Under the pieces are notes generated by a model. It did not search any database. It saw only the letters and a program-made list of their open reading frames with translations, and had not been told where the DNA came from. 64,000 nt of DNA from Octopus sinensis (lineage: Eukaryota). Made by a program: the position numbers and the translations under genes. Below are positions 28,558 to 42,089 of the stretch, one piece after another; the stretch's first letter is position 1; each line of letters starts with the position of its first letter. The stretch is from the NCBI RefSeq assembly GCF_006345805.1, contig NC_042999.1:99572001-99636000 (forward strand), in the 5' to 3' direction.

Positions 28558-28676
28558 GTGTGTGTGTGTGTGTGTGTGTGTTTGTGTGTATCGATACAGA
28601 CACACACATATATATTCATATACATACACGCATATTATCATATATAGGTATATGCATATATATATAATTTGTTTTT

Positions 28677-28797
28677 AGAATGAGATAAAAAAAAACAAAG
28701 GCTGTGAAGATTTTAGAACATTTATAAATAGCTGTAAGACCTTCTATTTATAAATATTCTAAAATCTTCACAGCCTTGGTTTTTTTTATCTCATTCT
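28677..28797. repeat. Near-perfect 55-bp hairpin
   Basis: Arms 28677-28731 and 28744-28797 differ by about 2 mismatches and 1 indel; the loop is ctgtaagacctt. Confidence 0.92.
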
Positions 28798-29727
28798 GAT
28801 AAAAATATGTATACATACGTTGATAGATGACCTACGTTGGACTCCTTATTGGCATAATCACCGAACCTGGAGCTTAACTATGCTCTATCCATAGCACTTA
28901 CTCAGCATTACCTGACACCATTATTTCTCATAACCTCCTATATATGCAATGCATACTCTGTTAAAATAACTGAAATAACACTAATAACAAAGTGAATTTA
29001 ATAATGACTTCAAATTTTGATTTCATATTTGGCCACTTAATTTTAGCGTGGATTATAGTAATTTAGTAGATATTAATATATTAATAATGTATAATAGCTG
29101 GAACTTCTTTGATTATTCACGAAAGGTCTAAACACAGCCATAATACATACAGATTTCGAACATAGTACAAAGATACATCAAACTAAAACATTAGGTACAG
29201 TTCAGTAAATTAGTAAAGTTGAGTCATAAACGCATATTGTTAATTTTTATCGCCTTTAATATTCATGCAGTGAAATTGAAAGCTTGAGAACTAAGATTTT
29301 AAATATTCACCGCTTGTAGCAGAATTACAGACATTTGAATAATTAATATCCATAGCTACACACAAATACACATGCACACACACGCAAACATACTCATCAC
29401 ACAAACGCACACACACACTCATACACACACAGAGGCATATATATATATATATATATTCAAATATGAATTAGACAGCGAGCTTTGTTTGACATGTAACATT
29501 GATAAGTCAAAATAATGACGAAACGTCGATGTCTATCGCTCCCAAAAAGGGAGTTGTCTCCCTTGAATATGACTTTCAGGTGGTTCTTTTTCTTTACACC
29601 AGGCGCTTAACAATCACAACCGACCCACGAGCTAACAACACAATGTGCGTCCGATTTTGCTTATATACACACACACACATACACAAACATATACATATAT
29701 GTAAACACACATATTTACATACCTGCA

Positions 29728-29900
29728 GGATGTCCCAGTGAAAATCCCAATAAAATGCAACACAATAGACCTGATATAATGGTTTGGGACAAAGAAGGGA
29801 AACTGTGCATTTGTGGAAATTAGCTGCCCAACGGATGTTAACATAAAGCTAAAGCTCAGCGAAAAAGAGAATATCTACGCTGAACAACTGAGATTACAAA
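29728..29900 (+). mobile_element. REL-endonuclease fragment of a non-LTR retrotransposon
   Basis: With two frameshifts it reads DVPVKIPIKC-HNRPDIMVWDKEGKLC-VEISCPTDVNIKLKLSEKENIY (RPD...D/E...K...Y motif). Confidence 0.75.
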
Positions 29901-31105
29901 TTCAGGCTTATACATGTAATTATTTGAGCACTGCCTAGATATTAATTTTCAGAAAGGAGAAAGTTGATTCGAAAAATATAAATGCAACCCATCAGTAGAA
30001 CTGTAAAAATCTGTAAAACTTTCCGGAGGTTTATCGTTTAAGTATTTATGAGCATGTCTAGATTTGTAAGTATATTCATGAGAAGCAATACATAAAACAA
30101 AACATACAAATCTACACATATACATACATACATACATACGAAAATATCCTGTTCCTGATGTTGAAATTCCAATGAAGGTGCTTTGAATATAGGTTAAAAC
30201 CCGGCTCTTTCTCTATTGGCAAGAAATCTTAAAATAAAACTGAATAATGACACACATACTTACGAGTGTGTGTGTGTGCGTGTGTGTGCGTGTGTGTGTG
30301 TGTGTGTGTGATGTGTGTCTCTGTGTGTGTGCATACAATTGTGCTTATCGTTAAAAGACAAATGATGATTGTGTTTATATATTGTTAGTTTACTTGTTAA
30401 GTTGATTTGATCGTTAAACTAAGTACATTAAGCTACGGTAAACAACTTAAATTTACGTAACACAAATAAGAGTTGATGTACAGTTGGACATACGGACAAA
30501 TTCTCAGGGAATTGAGCTTTGCCTTTTAGTTGAAGAAAGAAAATAAATCCTAGCAGTTAGAGTTGCGAGAAGAAAAGGAGAAATTAATTTGATAAAAATA
30601 ATACCAATTATCTTAAAAGCGAAACTTTAGGAGATTAGGAGCAGTCCTGAGCTTTCGGAGCAGACAGGAGGAAAGATACTGTGATGTTTCTGTTAATTAT
30701 AAGACGAAATTTCCCTAAGAAGACAACAATACATTTGTTATAACGTATTCTTCTATAAATCTTAACTTTTTTGCTAGCTCTTCGTATGTAAACCGACTAA
30801 ATTAAATACAGTAGTCGTCTCTTAGTAAACAAGTTAATTTAATAAGTAATTCAATAATTTAATTACATATTTCAGCAGTAAAAAGTTAAATACTTCTGGT
30901 TAAAAGTCAATAAAAGATATAGGAATGACTGTATTGTATAAATAGTACAGCGAAATGAACTAATATTATAGATTCATTATGTCAGTATCTGGAACCAAAC
31001 ATTTGCTCCACTTCCAGTATAACTGATTCACCTACTTCCTCTTCTGTTACAGCGAAATCTATCAAATATATATATATGCTATTACATATTATTTTGTATT
31101 ATATT

Positions 31106-31204
<99 letters not shown>

Positions 31205-31214
31205 ATGCATACAT

Positions 31215-31560
31215 ATATACGACGAGGTTTTTCATTCTCCGTCTATCAATTCCACTCACAAGACCAGTGTGCAAAGCAGTGGAACTGAATCCGGAACTAT
31301 GTGGATGGGAAGCAAGCTTCTTAGCACACAGCCACGCCTATACCTAATAATTTGTTGATATGTATATATCTTTCATCTTTTACCTGTTTCAGTCATTAGA
31401 TTGCAGCGATGCTGGGGCACCGCCTTGAAGAGTTTTTAGTCGAATGGATCGACCCCAGTACTTCGTCTTTTAGGCCTGCTACGCAAACACACCAAAGTTG
31501 ATTGCCAAGTCGTGGAGGGGTGACAACCTACCCACGCACAAACATACACATGCACACACA
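31215..31560 (-). mobile_element. SINE family B pieces (5' half 31215-31340; 3' half 31370-31560)
   Basis: Reverse-complement matches to the head (gggaagcaagcttcttagcacacagccacgcc) and the tail (gctggggcaccgccttgaag). Confidence 0.75.
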
Positions 31561-31721
31561 CACACACATATATATATGCCGAACCGTTAAACCCGATACA
31601 TTTTTCTTCCGTTTTTTTTTTCATATTCTATCTTTTACCTCTCAGTCCTTTCTGACGAAGTGCGTAGACTCGAAACTTCAAAGATTTTTCCATTCTTCCT
31701 GAGCTTTATATATATATATAT

Positions 31722-31895
31722 GCGCAGGCGTGGCTGTATGGTAAGAAGCTTGCTTCCCAAACACAAGCTTTCGGATTCAGTCCTACTGCGTATCAACTTG
31801 GGCAAGTGTCTTCTACTAAAACCTCGAGCTGACAAAGCCTTGTGAGCGGATTTGGTAGGCAGAAACTGGAAGACGCCCTTCGCGTATATATATAT
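31722..31895 (+). mobile_element. tRNA-derived SINE, 5' half (family B)
   Basis: Head GGCGTGGCTGTATGGTAAGAAGCTTGCTTCCC with a B-box-like GGATTCAGTCC; homologous copies recur in the window. Confidence 0.85.
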
Positions 31896-32807
31896 ATACA
31901 GTCGGCTTTTCGATGCCCCCATTGGCGGCGTTATACTTATCTTGCTTATAAATGACGCTTATAAATGATACCTGCACCCGGTTACCCTACTTATATGAGA
32001 ATAGCCCTTGGAAATAATCTTTTGAAAAAGCCTTTTAAGATAGATATGATTAACCCTTGCAAGGGGAATTACTCCCATTAGGCGAATGGTGTTTTGTTTT
32101 GACAAAGCATGATTAGACGAACACACGAACACATAAAATATTTTCTGCCGCCTGACGGATTTTTCAGCAGTGACTATTGTGTAGCGCTTTTTACCAACTT
32201 ACGGCCGCGCACATATAGAACAGTTCACACACACATGTTTCTAAGTAGATTTTGCCCCGCCCCATATAATACACCTAATATTCTTAAAATAGTCAGAACC
32301 TTAGTCCCGGTCACAAAGAACATCTACGCACCTCGTGCTCTCACCCACCGGATTGACCGCTGCCTGACCTGTAAATATCTTCAACGCACCCACCACCAGA
32401 TTTCAACATACATTGATAAACAGTTTGGCCATGGGCTCTTAGGAGCCTCCTCGTTCGATTTGTTTTGCTGCGCCTCTGTTCTGTTTTTGTTCTGCCAACG
32501 GAATTCCTATTTCTTCCTGAAGAGAAAGACACAATATGGTCTCCTTATTCAATCGGAATTTGGTAAATTGTGGCTTTCGAAACACGTGTAGAATGCAATA
32601 AAAGGATTTCTGTTCAATTTTCGTTCAACTCCATTTCTTCAATTCACTAATAATATTAAAATTCAATTATCCGCACCAACGCACGGTTGCAACAACATAT
32701 GGTTGTACCTCCAACCGTGCTTTCTTCTGCTGTGATTTTTGCTACCAAGGTATCGGTTAAACTTTTGATTAATCTGCAACAAGATTATTCATCTTTCTAT
32801 TTCAACA

Positions 32808-32876
<69 letters not shown>

Positions 32877-32884
32877 GTGTGTGT

Positions 32885-33222
32885 GTGTTTGTCTCCCAAC
32901 CATCGGTTGACAAACAATTCTGGTGTGTTTATGTCCACGTAACGTAATGGTACGGCAAGGAGACCGATAATATAAGAACTGGGCTAACAAAGAATAAGAC
33001 CTGGGGGCGATTTGTTCGACTAAAGGCGGTGCTCCAGTCAAATGACTGAAACGAATAAAAGAATACTGGCCAGCTTCTTTTAGTTCCCGTGTACAAAATC
33101 CAATGACAAGACTTTGATCAGTCAGAGGATATAATAGAAAACTGTTGCCCTGGTTGCAGTGCAGTGGGATTGAACCCGCAGCCATGCGATTGGGAAGCAG
33201 GCTTCTTACCACACGACCACGT
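32885..33222. mobile_element. SINE family B pieces: 3' half on + (32885-33065), 5' half on - (33075-33222)
   Basis: ggcggtgctccagt tail; gggaagcaggcttcttaccacacgaccacg head on the reverse strand. Confidence 0.75.
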
Positions 33223-33267
33223 CTGGTCCTATGTATATGGTTGTTTGTTTCTCTGGAGACTGTCAGA

Positions 33268-35150
33268 GATTAAACACACAGATTAAGTATGTTTATGGAC
33301 ATCCTCCTGAAACCCTTCCTTAAACATATCGATAGTCATATCAGAGATGACTTGGATATGTTAAACCACCTTCCAAAAAACGTTAAGGAAGAAACAATCA
33401 TGGTTTCATTTGATGTAGTTAATTTATATACCAGTATAGCTCATAATTATGGACTAGAGGCAATACAGTTCTGGCTGGAACAATTTCCGGAAGAAATACC
33501 AAAAAGGATCAGTAAAGAATTCATTACTAAATCGGTTGAATTCATCCTACATAATAACCACTTCATGTTTGACAATACATTTTACCGTCAAAGATCCGGA
33601 ATTGCTATGGGTACAAGGACAGCACCAGTCATTGCGAACCTAACAATGGGCTACCTGGAAATAATTGTATACCAGGAATCTTTATCGACCTTTGGAAAGC
33701 CCCTCTCTCAATACATAAAAGAGAATTGGAAAAGATTCCTAGACGATTGTTTTATACTCTGGAATGAAAACACAGATAAACTCCTAAAATTCAAAAACCT
33801 ATTGAACAGCATCAACCCAAATGTACAGTTCACAATGGAATACAACCAAAAGGAACTTCCATTCTTAGATATACTAATTAAAAAATTAACCTTGAAATAG
33901 AAACAGACATTTTTTACAAAGCCACAGACGCTAAACAATACCTACTTTTTGATTCATGCCACCCAAGACACACTAAAACAAACATCCCTTTCAACCTTGC
34001 AAGAAGGATATGCACAATAGTGTCAGAACAAAATACCAGGAACGTTAGACTACAAGAACTCAAAAACACCCTAATTGACAGACACTACCCAGCTCAACTC
34101 ATAGAGGATGGGATCAGACGTGCAACAGAAATCGACATAGAATCTTTGAGAAAAGTTCAACACAACAACACAACTTCCCCGAAAATACTGCCTTACATAT
34201 CCACATACAACCCCAGAAAGAAAGAAGCCTTCACCATCATCACCCAGAATTTACCAATACTTCATAAGGACCCAAAATTAAAGGAAATTCTAAACATACA
34301 TAAAATCATTAAAAGCTACAAACAACCTAAATCACTTAAAAAGATTCTCACAAAGGCAAAATTGTTTTCTGAAATTACGGATGCAAAAGTAAAAAAATGT
34401 GAAAGACCAAACTGCGCAATATGCCCAAACCTTCTAGAAGGATCAGAATTCCTTTTCAAAGAAGGATAAAAATTGAAGTTCAGATCTAATTTTACTTGTG
34501 CTTCTGAAAACATAATTTATGTCATAAGGTGCTCGGGCTGCCACCAAAACTACGTGGGGTCCACGGGACTATCACTCAGACATATATGCACTCTGCATCG
34601 ACAACAGATTGCATTCCCAGAATACAGAATGATACTCCTTAGTGAGCATATTGAGAAATGCGCAAAGCAACTACTACCACAATTTTTAATCTTTCCATTC
34701 TATCAATGTGCTATTGGAACACCAACACAAATTAGATTAAACAAGGAAACATTCTTCATTGAAAAATATAAGCCCAAACTTAACCACTCTAACATTCTTA
34801 TACAGAGAAACTCACCCCATTAAATAAAGGGAAAAGAAATATAAAGCGATTATCTCCATTATACCGGAAGAAATCGCTTATTATCTTCCCCTACCTGGAA
34901 CTCTTCTTTGCACTTCATAACGAAGACGTAACACGATGTAAAGAAAGACATTTGAGAAATTTGAAAAGTTAACACGAAACCGCTAATTTCTTCAAAAACT
35001 ATGTTATTGTATGAAAAAATTTTATAACATTCTTCTAACATAATGACTCAAATATATTCTTTAACCCTATAAAACAAGCCTTCTGTAGTTTTTCACTCTT
35101 TGCTATTTTCTATATATTCAACCACGTGCCTTCACACACCAACTTTCTCA
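33268..35150 (+). mobile_element. 5'-truncated Penelope-like retroelement (Neptune-like), RT + GIY-YIG, with 3' pLTR ending in (TA)n
   Basis: ORFs 33289-33900, 34020-34469 and 34473-34823 carry IMVSFDVVNLY, SGIAMGTRTAP, RFLDDCF, LPFLD, CERPNCAIC and IIYVIRCSGCHQNYVGST. There is one frameshift in an A-run (~33880) and one in-frame TAA (34467) where the 53-54 kb copy has Gln. Confidence 0.93.
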
Positions 35151-35155
35151 CCTAT

Positions 35156-35265
<110 letters not shown>

Positions 35266-36532
35266 GTATGTATATAAATATATATGTGTGTGTGTGTGTA
35301 TGTGTGTGTGTGTTGAATTAATATACACATGTCATCTTTCGCTTGTTTCAACTACATGAGTGTAGCTATCTGTTAATGTGCTTTTTTCATTTTCAAGATG
35401 GCACGGTATTAGCTGAGGGCGTTTTTGTTGTTGCTTGCTTTAGCCTTTAGACCGACCGTCGACAGGTTCCCTCAGTTCAACGAATCCGTGAAGTTATGCT
35501 GTTTACTGTCAACAGATGCCATGAATATATAACCAGATGTTGACAGCTGACAGTGAAGCAATTTTCCAGTATCTATTGCTGATGCAGAGAGTGCATGTGT
35601 TTCGGGTAGAACAATGAAGTGTGCTGTTATCCTTATGATAGCAGTAATTGATAGAGAGCCAATTATCTTACAAGGATTGTTGACAAGGAGATCATTTAAT
35701 ACTGTCAACACACACTGTGCATCTACAGTTTCGAGGTCAGATATTTATAGAAGGAGATATTATTCTAAGAGAAGAGTTTATCAGCAAGGAGTCTTGCTTG
35801 ATATTTTTTATTATATTTTATTTTTCAATACTATTTGATAGAATCAGTCTCAACACAGCATTAATGATTTCTATAATTTAATAATGATGTCTGAGAGACT
35901 CAAACTTAATGATCGTAATGTTTGCAAAACTTAATAATTTGAAAATCAGAATATTCAAAAGGGATTTGTTTCTACTTCCTGCACAGTTCCTGTTGTATAA
36001 AGAAGACAAATACGACAGCTTCCCGCTAAAACAATGGTGCTTAAGAGGATAGCTTTATTATTTATTTAATTTTTTCTAAAACAACTTCATCTTACTTTAA
36101 AATTAAAAACAAAAGGATCAACTTTCAGTAGCATTTTGAATGTTATAAACTCATACTAATTGGAAGAGAACATTAGAAGGAAGATCTGAAGAAAAAAGTT
36201 CCTTCCAAATAGCTATTGTTGTTTCAATGATAAAAGATGACACAGTTGAAAGTTAATAATGCATCGTACATGTCATCATGTCTGCAACGAAAAATAATAA
36301 TAAACAGAAGGGAAATGTAATAAAATAAATCATTCTGATTAGGTAACTTCACTTCAAATAATCATAGGAAACAAAATCAATTGAAAACAAGAGTCATACT
36401 ATAAAAATGTGATTCAACACCGCGCCAAAAAAGACTAATACACGTTTCTAGTATATAACAGTAACGTAGCATTGCACATTCACACACACACACAAACACG
36501 CTCACGCATGTGCGTGTGTGTATGTCTGTTTA

Positions 36533-36591
<59 letters not shown>

Positions 36592-36611
36592 TGCTACATT
36601 ACTTTAAAATA

Positions 36612-36820
36612 CAGGACGACCCAGAAGTCGCGCACCATTCTGGTTTTCATTTAAAATAATTAATGCATTTTATTTTATTATATTTTTTCGGCATGTTTTA
36701 TTGTAGAAGGTGCTCAATTTGAGCATTTGTTACGATTAATTTCAATAAAATGGTTTGGAAATCAATAATGGTGTATTCTTTTAAAAAACCACGGTGGTGC
36801 GCAACTTCTGGAACACCCTG
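36612..36820. mobile_element. Tc1/mariner-type MITE (209 bp)
   Basis: Imperfect TIRs CAGGACGACCCAGAAGTCGCGCACCA and TGGTGCGCAACTTCTGGAACACCCTG, with TA on both sides. Confidence 0.85.
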
Positions 36821-37445
36821 TATACTCACGCACACACACAGATAGATAGATAGTTAGATAAATATAAAAAGGTACACATATATATATATATATATATACA
36901 TACATACACTCATCATTATGAGGTTTACTGTGTCCTTATATTTATAAACATATTAATAATTCAAAATAAAAATAATTCTTTCTTTATTGGCTATAAGCGC
37001 TATGAAGAACATTTGGGACACACAGACAAAAGACAGTGGATACATATAAAAACACGTGAACAATTGAAGTAATAAGAATTAAAATTTCTTAACAAATCAT
37101 CTTTTACAGGAAGTGCCACCCAGGGGCAACCAAGGAAATCCACTGATCCTGATCCACCTTAGGTATCAGTAGTAATATGACAATGCTCTTTCCTCTTCCT
37201 CCTCGGCCTACAGGGGCCAACTTAGAAAAGGGGCACTCTCTGGTACCACCCTCGCCACACTTATCTATCTTTCAACAAGTTTACTTGGGAACCACAAATC
37301 CCTCTCAACCCCTCGTTTGGATAAAAAAGAAAGGTGCCAGTCTATAAACATTACAGTCTCATTCACCATATAATATTTTTCGCCATAGCGAATAAAGGGA
37401 AATGACCTGCCCTTCCCGACAAGAAAATGATGGCGGGACGATAAC

Positions 37446-37447
<2 letters not shown>

Positions 37448-37506
<59 letters not shown>

Positions 37507-40500
37507 GAGTATATTTTTCATATCGTGCTTTCACTTCACTACCGAGCGCAGCTCTATGTGCCTTGGGTATGTGCTGTGATTTGTTGTGATGCTCTGATGG
37601 TTATTGTATGGAAAGTGTTCTGCGTAGGATGTGTGCAGTGCCTAGTAGTGCAATTTTCTGTATGTTATATGTGTTTGTAAGTCCTGGTGCTTTTGTTATG
37701 TATTTGTCTGAATATTTTTGTATCATGCCTAATGCACCTACTATGATAGGAATTGTTTCTGTTTTTAGATTCCACATTCTGGTTACCTCTATTTCCAGGT
37801 CTTTGTATTTTGAAAGTTTCTCCATTTCTTTTAGAGACACGTTGTCTTCCGCTAGTATTGAAACATCAATTAAAAAACAATTTTTTTTCTTCATGATCTC
37901 TGACAACTATATCTGGTCTGTTGACCTTAATTTCTCTATCTGTGTGTATTGGCATATCCCAGAGTATGGTTGCTTTCTCGTTTTCGGTGACCTTTTCTGG
38001 TGTGTGCCTATACCATCTATTTTCTGTTGTTATTCCATAATGTTGGCATAGTTTCCAGTATATATAGGTCCCAACTCTGTCATGTCTGTGAATACATTCC
38101 TTCTTAGCCAGGACTGGGCAGCCAGAGATAATATGATTTATTGTTTCTTGTCCATCTCCACATATTCTGCAGTTACTTGTTAAATTTCTTTTCATTACAT
38201 GTTTTTGGTAATTTCTGGTGGGGAGGCTTTGGTCTTGTGCTGCAATTAAAAAAATCTTTCTGTCTCTGCTTTGAGTCCTGAGCTTCTCAACCATTGTTGG
38301 GATTTTTCTTTGTCTATTTCTTTTGCATTTAGTTTAGTCAAATATTTGCTATGAAGGGGCTTTTCTTGCCATCGTTTTATTATGGTTCGTTGCTGTTCTA
38401 TTTTTAGTTTGGATTTCATTTGTTTTATAGCTTTTGTTGTTTCTTCATCATTATCATCATCATCATCATCTTCTTCTTCTTCTTCTTCTTCTTCTTCTTC
38501 TTCTTCTTCTTCTTCTTCTTCTTCTTCTTCTTCTTCTTCTTCTTCATTTTTGTTAGGTGGTATGATTTCTTGTTTGTATTTGTCAGCTTCCTTAAATACT
38601 GAGAACAGTTTTTCGTTTTGCTCGTGTTTTGCCGCTATTTGTATCAGTTTTCCTTCCTGCTGAAGTAGATATTTTTGCAGTCCTATGGTGGTTATTTTAT
38701 AGTAGTTTTCCAGCTGTATAACGCCTGTACCACCATCTATACGTTGTATATAAATAGCCTTTCTATGTCAGATTTTGGGTGATGCATCCTAGATCCTGTT
38801 TATTATTTTACTTGTTTTCCTATCTATTTTGGTCAGTTCATTTAGTGTCCAGTTAAGGATATTGTAGCTGTAACTTATGACTGGGACGGCTAAAGTGTTA
38901 ATACCTATTATCTTGTTTTTAGCATTGAGCTCTGTTTTCAGTATTGATCTAACTCGTCTATAATATTCTTTTTTATATTTTCTCTTTCATTTGTGTGTGT
39001 TGTGTCTTATCTAGTTCATGGATTCCTAAGTATTTGTAAGTTTGGATTTGGTCTAATTCTTTTATTTCATTGGTTTTATCTAGTGTGATTTTGCTACTCT
39101 TAACTAGTTTTCCTCTTTTCAGGGTTACTTTGGCACATTTCTCTAATCCATATTTCATATCTATTTCTTTGGTAAATCCATGAACTGTCTTTAGTAGTGT
39201 TTCCAGCTGTTTGTCATTTGTAGCGTATAGTTTTAGGTCATCCATATATAAAAGGTGGCTGATCGTTTTGCCGTAACATTTATATCCGCATCCAGTTCTG
39301 TTTAGCATATCCAATAGAGGTGACTGTGCCAAGCAGAAAAGGAGTGGAGAGAGTGTATCTCCCAGGAATATTCCTCTTCTAATGGGGATGGCTTTGGTTT
39401 TCACAAGTCCCTCTTTTGTTTGGAGCTGTAGCACTGTTTGCCATTTATTCATAGTGTCCTATGTATTTTATAATTTGGTGCAACTTTGTTCATGGCTAGT
39501 GTTCCGAGGATCCATGTGTGGGGGATGCTATCAAACGCTTTTTTGTAGTCGATCCAGGCCATACTAGGGCCTTTCTTCTTTCTGTGGCTGTCTTCAATTA
39601 TGGCTTTATTGATCATTAGTTGATCTTTATAGCCATATGAGCCTTTGCGGCATCCCTTCTGCTCTTCTGGAAACAGGTTGCTTTCGTCCAGGTGCTTGTT
39701 CAATCTTTGCGATATTACTGCAGTAAATGCTTTGTACATTGTAGGGAGACAGGTTATAGGTCTGTAGTTTTCTGGTTTTTCTGTCTCATTCGATTTGGGA
39801 ATTAAGATAGTTTTCCTCTTCGTGAGCCATTCAGGCATTGTCTCTGGCTCTGCTAGTATGTTGTTAAAAATTTCAGCCAGCTTTTTGTGCATTCCTGTTA
39901 GATATTTCAACCAGGAGTTGGGGATCTTGTCATGCCCAGGTGCCTTCGAGTTGCTTAGTCTTTGCATTGCCTGGGTGACCTCTTCAGTTGTTATGGGGGT
40001 CCAAAGTTGCTCAGATGCTATGTTTGTTGTTTTAATATTCCTTTTTTTTTAGGTTGTTCGTTCGCCGACCATATTTCTCTCCAGAATTCTTCCACTTCTT
40101 CTGCCGTTGGTGCTGCAGCGATTTCTATTTTATTTTTGCCAAGTTCTTGGTAGAACTTTTTGGGGTTGGAGTTGAACTTTTTGTTTTGTTCAAAGAAATG
40201 TTGGCGTTTCTCGTACCGGCGGATCCTTTGTGCTTTGGCAAGGATATCTTGCTTTAGCTTTTCTTTTATCTCAGGTAAATCTTTTTCTTTGATGTTGTAT
40301 TTGCGGAGTATTTTTGTTTTCATTTTGTTGCTCAGTAGCGTTGATTTTCTACTGATTTCATTAAGAATCGACAGATCTTTTCTCATTGTTTGTATTTTGC
40401 TTTGGATGTTATTTATCCACAGGGTTTGTTTGGGTGGTGGTACTCTTGTTTGAATGGGTTTGAGTGAGTATCCTGCTGCGTATACTAAGTCATTTAGCTC

Positions 40501-41660
40501 AGTGATATCGCTTTTTGTTTCAGTGGCTATTAGTTCCGTGACGGCTAGGTTTATGCTGTTTATAATTGATGTTGTTGTTTTGTCTATTTTGATTTTTGGG
40601 AGGTATGGTCGGTGGTCCATTTTGAGCTCTGTGGTTTTCAGTTCTTTGATTATTCTACTTTTTATAGTTTCATAATCATTAGGCCCCCTCTTCGTTGTTT
40701 CCAGGTTTTAGATTTGTGTCGCTTTCTTTCTCATCCGTATGTTTGTTTGTCGTGTTTTGGCTTGCTGTTTGTCGTGTATTATTATGTATCCTTACGGTCT
40801 GGGTTTGTTGTTTTTTGTTTACATCGTTTTTGTTGGAAATGTTACGTTTGTCTTCGTGTTTTACTGTTTCAGTGTTTGTATTATTTGGCATTGTCGTGTG
40901 GCTTCTATCTACATTTTCCTTGTGTATTTTTTCTTTTAAATGTTTTATTTCTATTTCTGATATTTTTTTGCGTTGAGAATATATCTCCGTATATTTGCTA
41001 GTTTATTAGGGTTCATTGTTGTATCCAGGTCTTTATTTATGTTATTTTTCTTCCATATTTTGTATGTATGTGTTGTTGTATTTTCATTCTTTGGGTAGAG
41101 CACTGCTGTAAAGTAAGCGTGTAGGATAGAAATATATTCCTCACGTGTCCATTTATGTCTTTTTGGTTTTATTTGCGGGACATGAGGAACAACGTCTGGC
41201 CCATTATTTTGACGGTCGTCATTTTGGTAGGGTACCGGTCCGTTCATTTCTGTTCTCACATTGTTTTGCACGTGTATTTTTTCGTACATTTTATGTTGTA
41301 AGTTTACAGAACGTACTTCCCGATTGTTATTCTTGGGTTGAATAATATCGGTATTATTTAATTTCTTCGTAGTTTCTTTGTACATGGTGTTTGGGTCCGG
41401 AGATGATCTGGTGTTGATGGATCGTAATGTATCAAGCATGTTTACATGTGTTGTGTTAGAGGTGGAGATGATATCGAGTTAAAATACATCATTTCGTTTT
41501 CAAAATAGTAATAAATTTCAACGAGTATTACTTACTCGGATATAGTCCAAACCTTTGTCAGTTATTTTTTAGCTCCATGCGATGTCTTTGTTTCCGATGT
41601 TTGTGGATAGATTTCGGAGCACTGTTTTATTGCTCTCACATGTATAGCGTCCCCGGTGTA
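37448..41660 (-). mobile_element. Near full-length R4/Dong-like non-LTR retrotransposon (RT + CCHC + restriction-like endonuclease), frameshifted
   Basis: N-terminal KRHKWTREE; RT motifs KAPGHD, NYRPITCL, WIDYKKAFDSIPH, GIFLGDTLSPLLF and LYMDDLKLY; zinc knuckle CRICGDGQETINHIISGC; REL motifs RPDIVV, IDVSI and KLSKYKDL. A 3' UTR is followed by a (TAA)n tail at 37448-37506, and the 5' end abuts a (TAA)n/(GAA)n array. Confidence 0.92.
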
Positions 41661-41664
41661 ATCT

Positions 41665-41945
<281 letters not shown>

Positions 41946-42089
41946 ATATATTGTTATCATTATTGTCATCTTTATCATCATCATTCTTATCATAAACTCG
42001 CCCGTAATGCAGAGTGACGAAACCATCATGTACGCCCCGTATAGCGTTCGAGTGTTACAGATATGTGGACTTATATTAAACAGTAGCAA

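Noticed and set aside
32109-32591. 160-aa ORF as a host gene
   Set aside because: No recognisable domain, splice context or motif.
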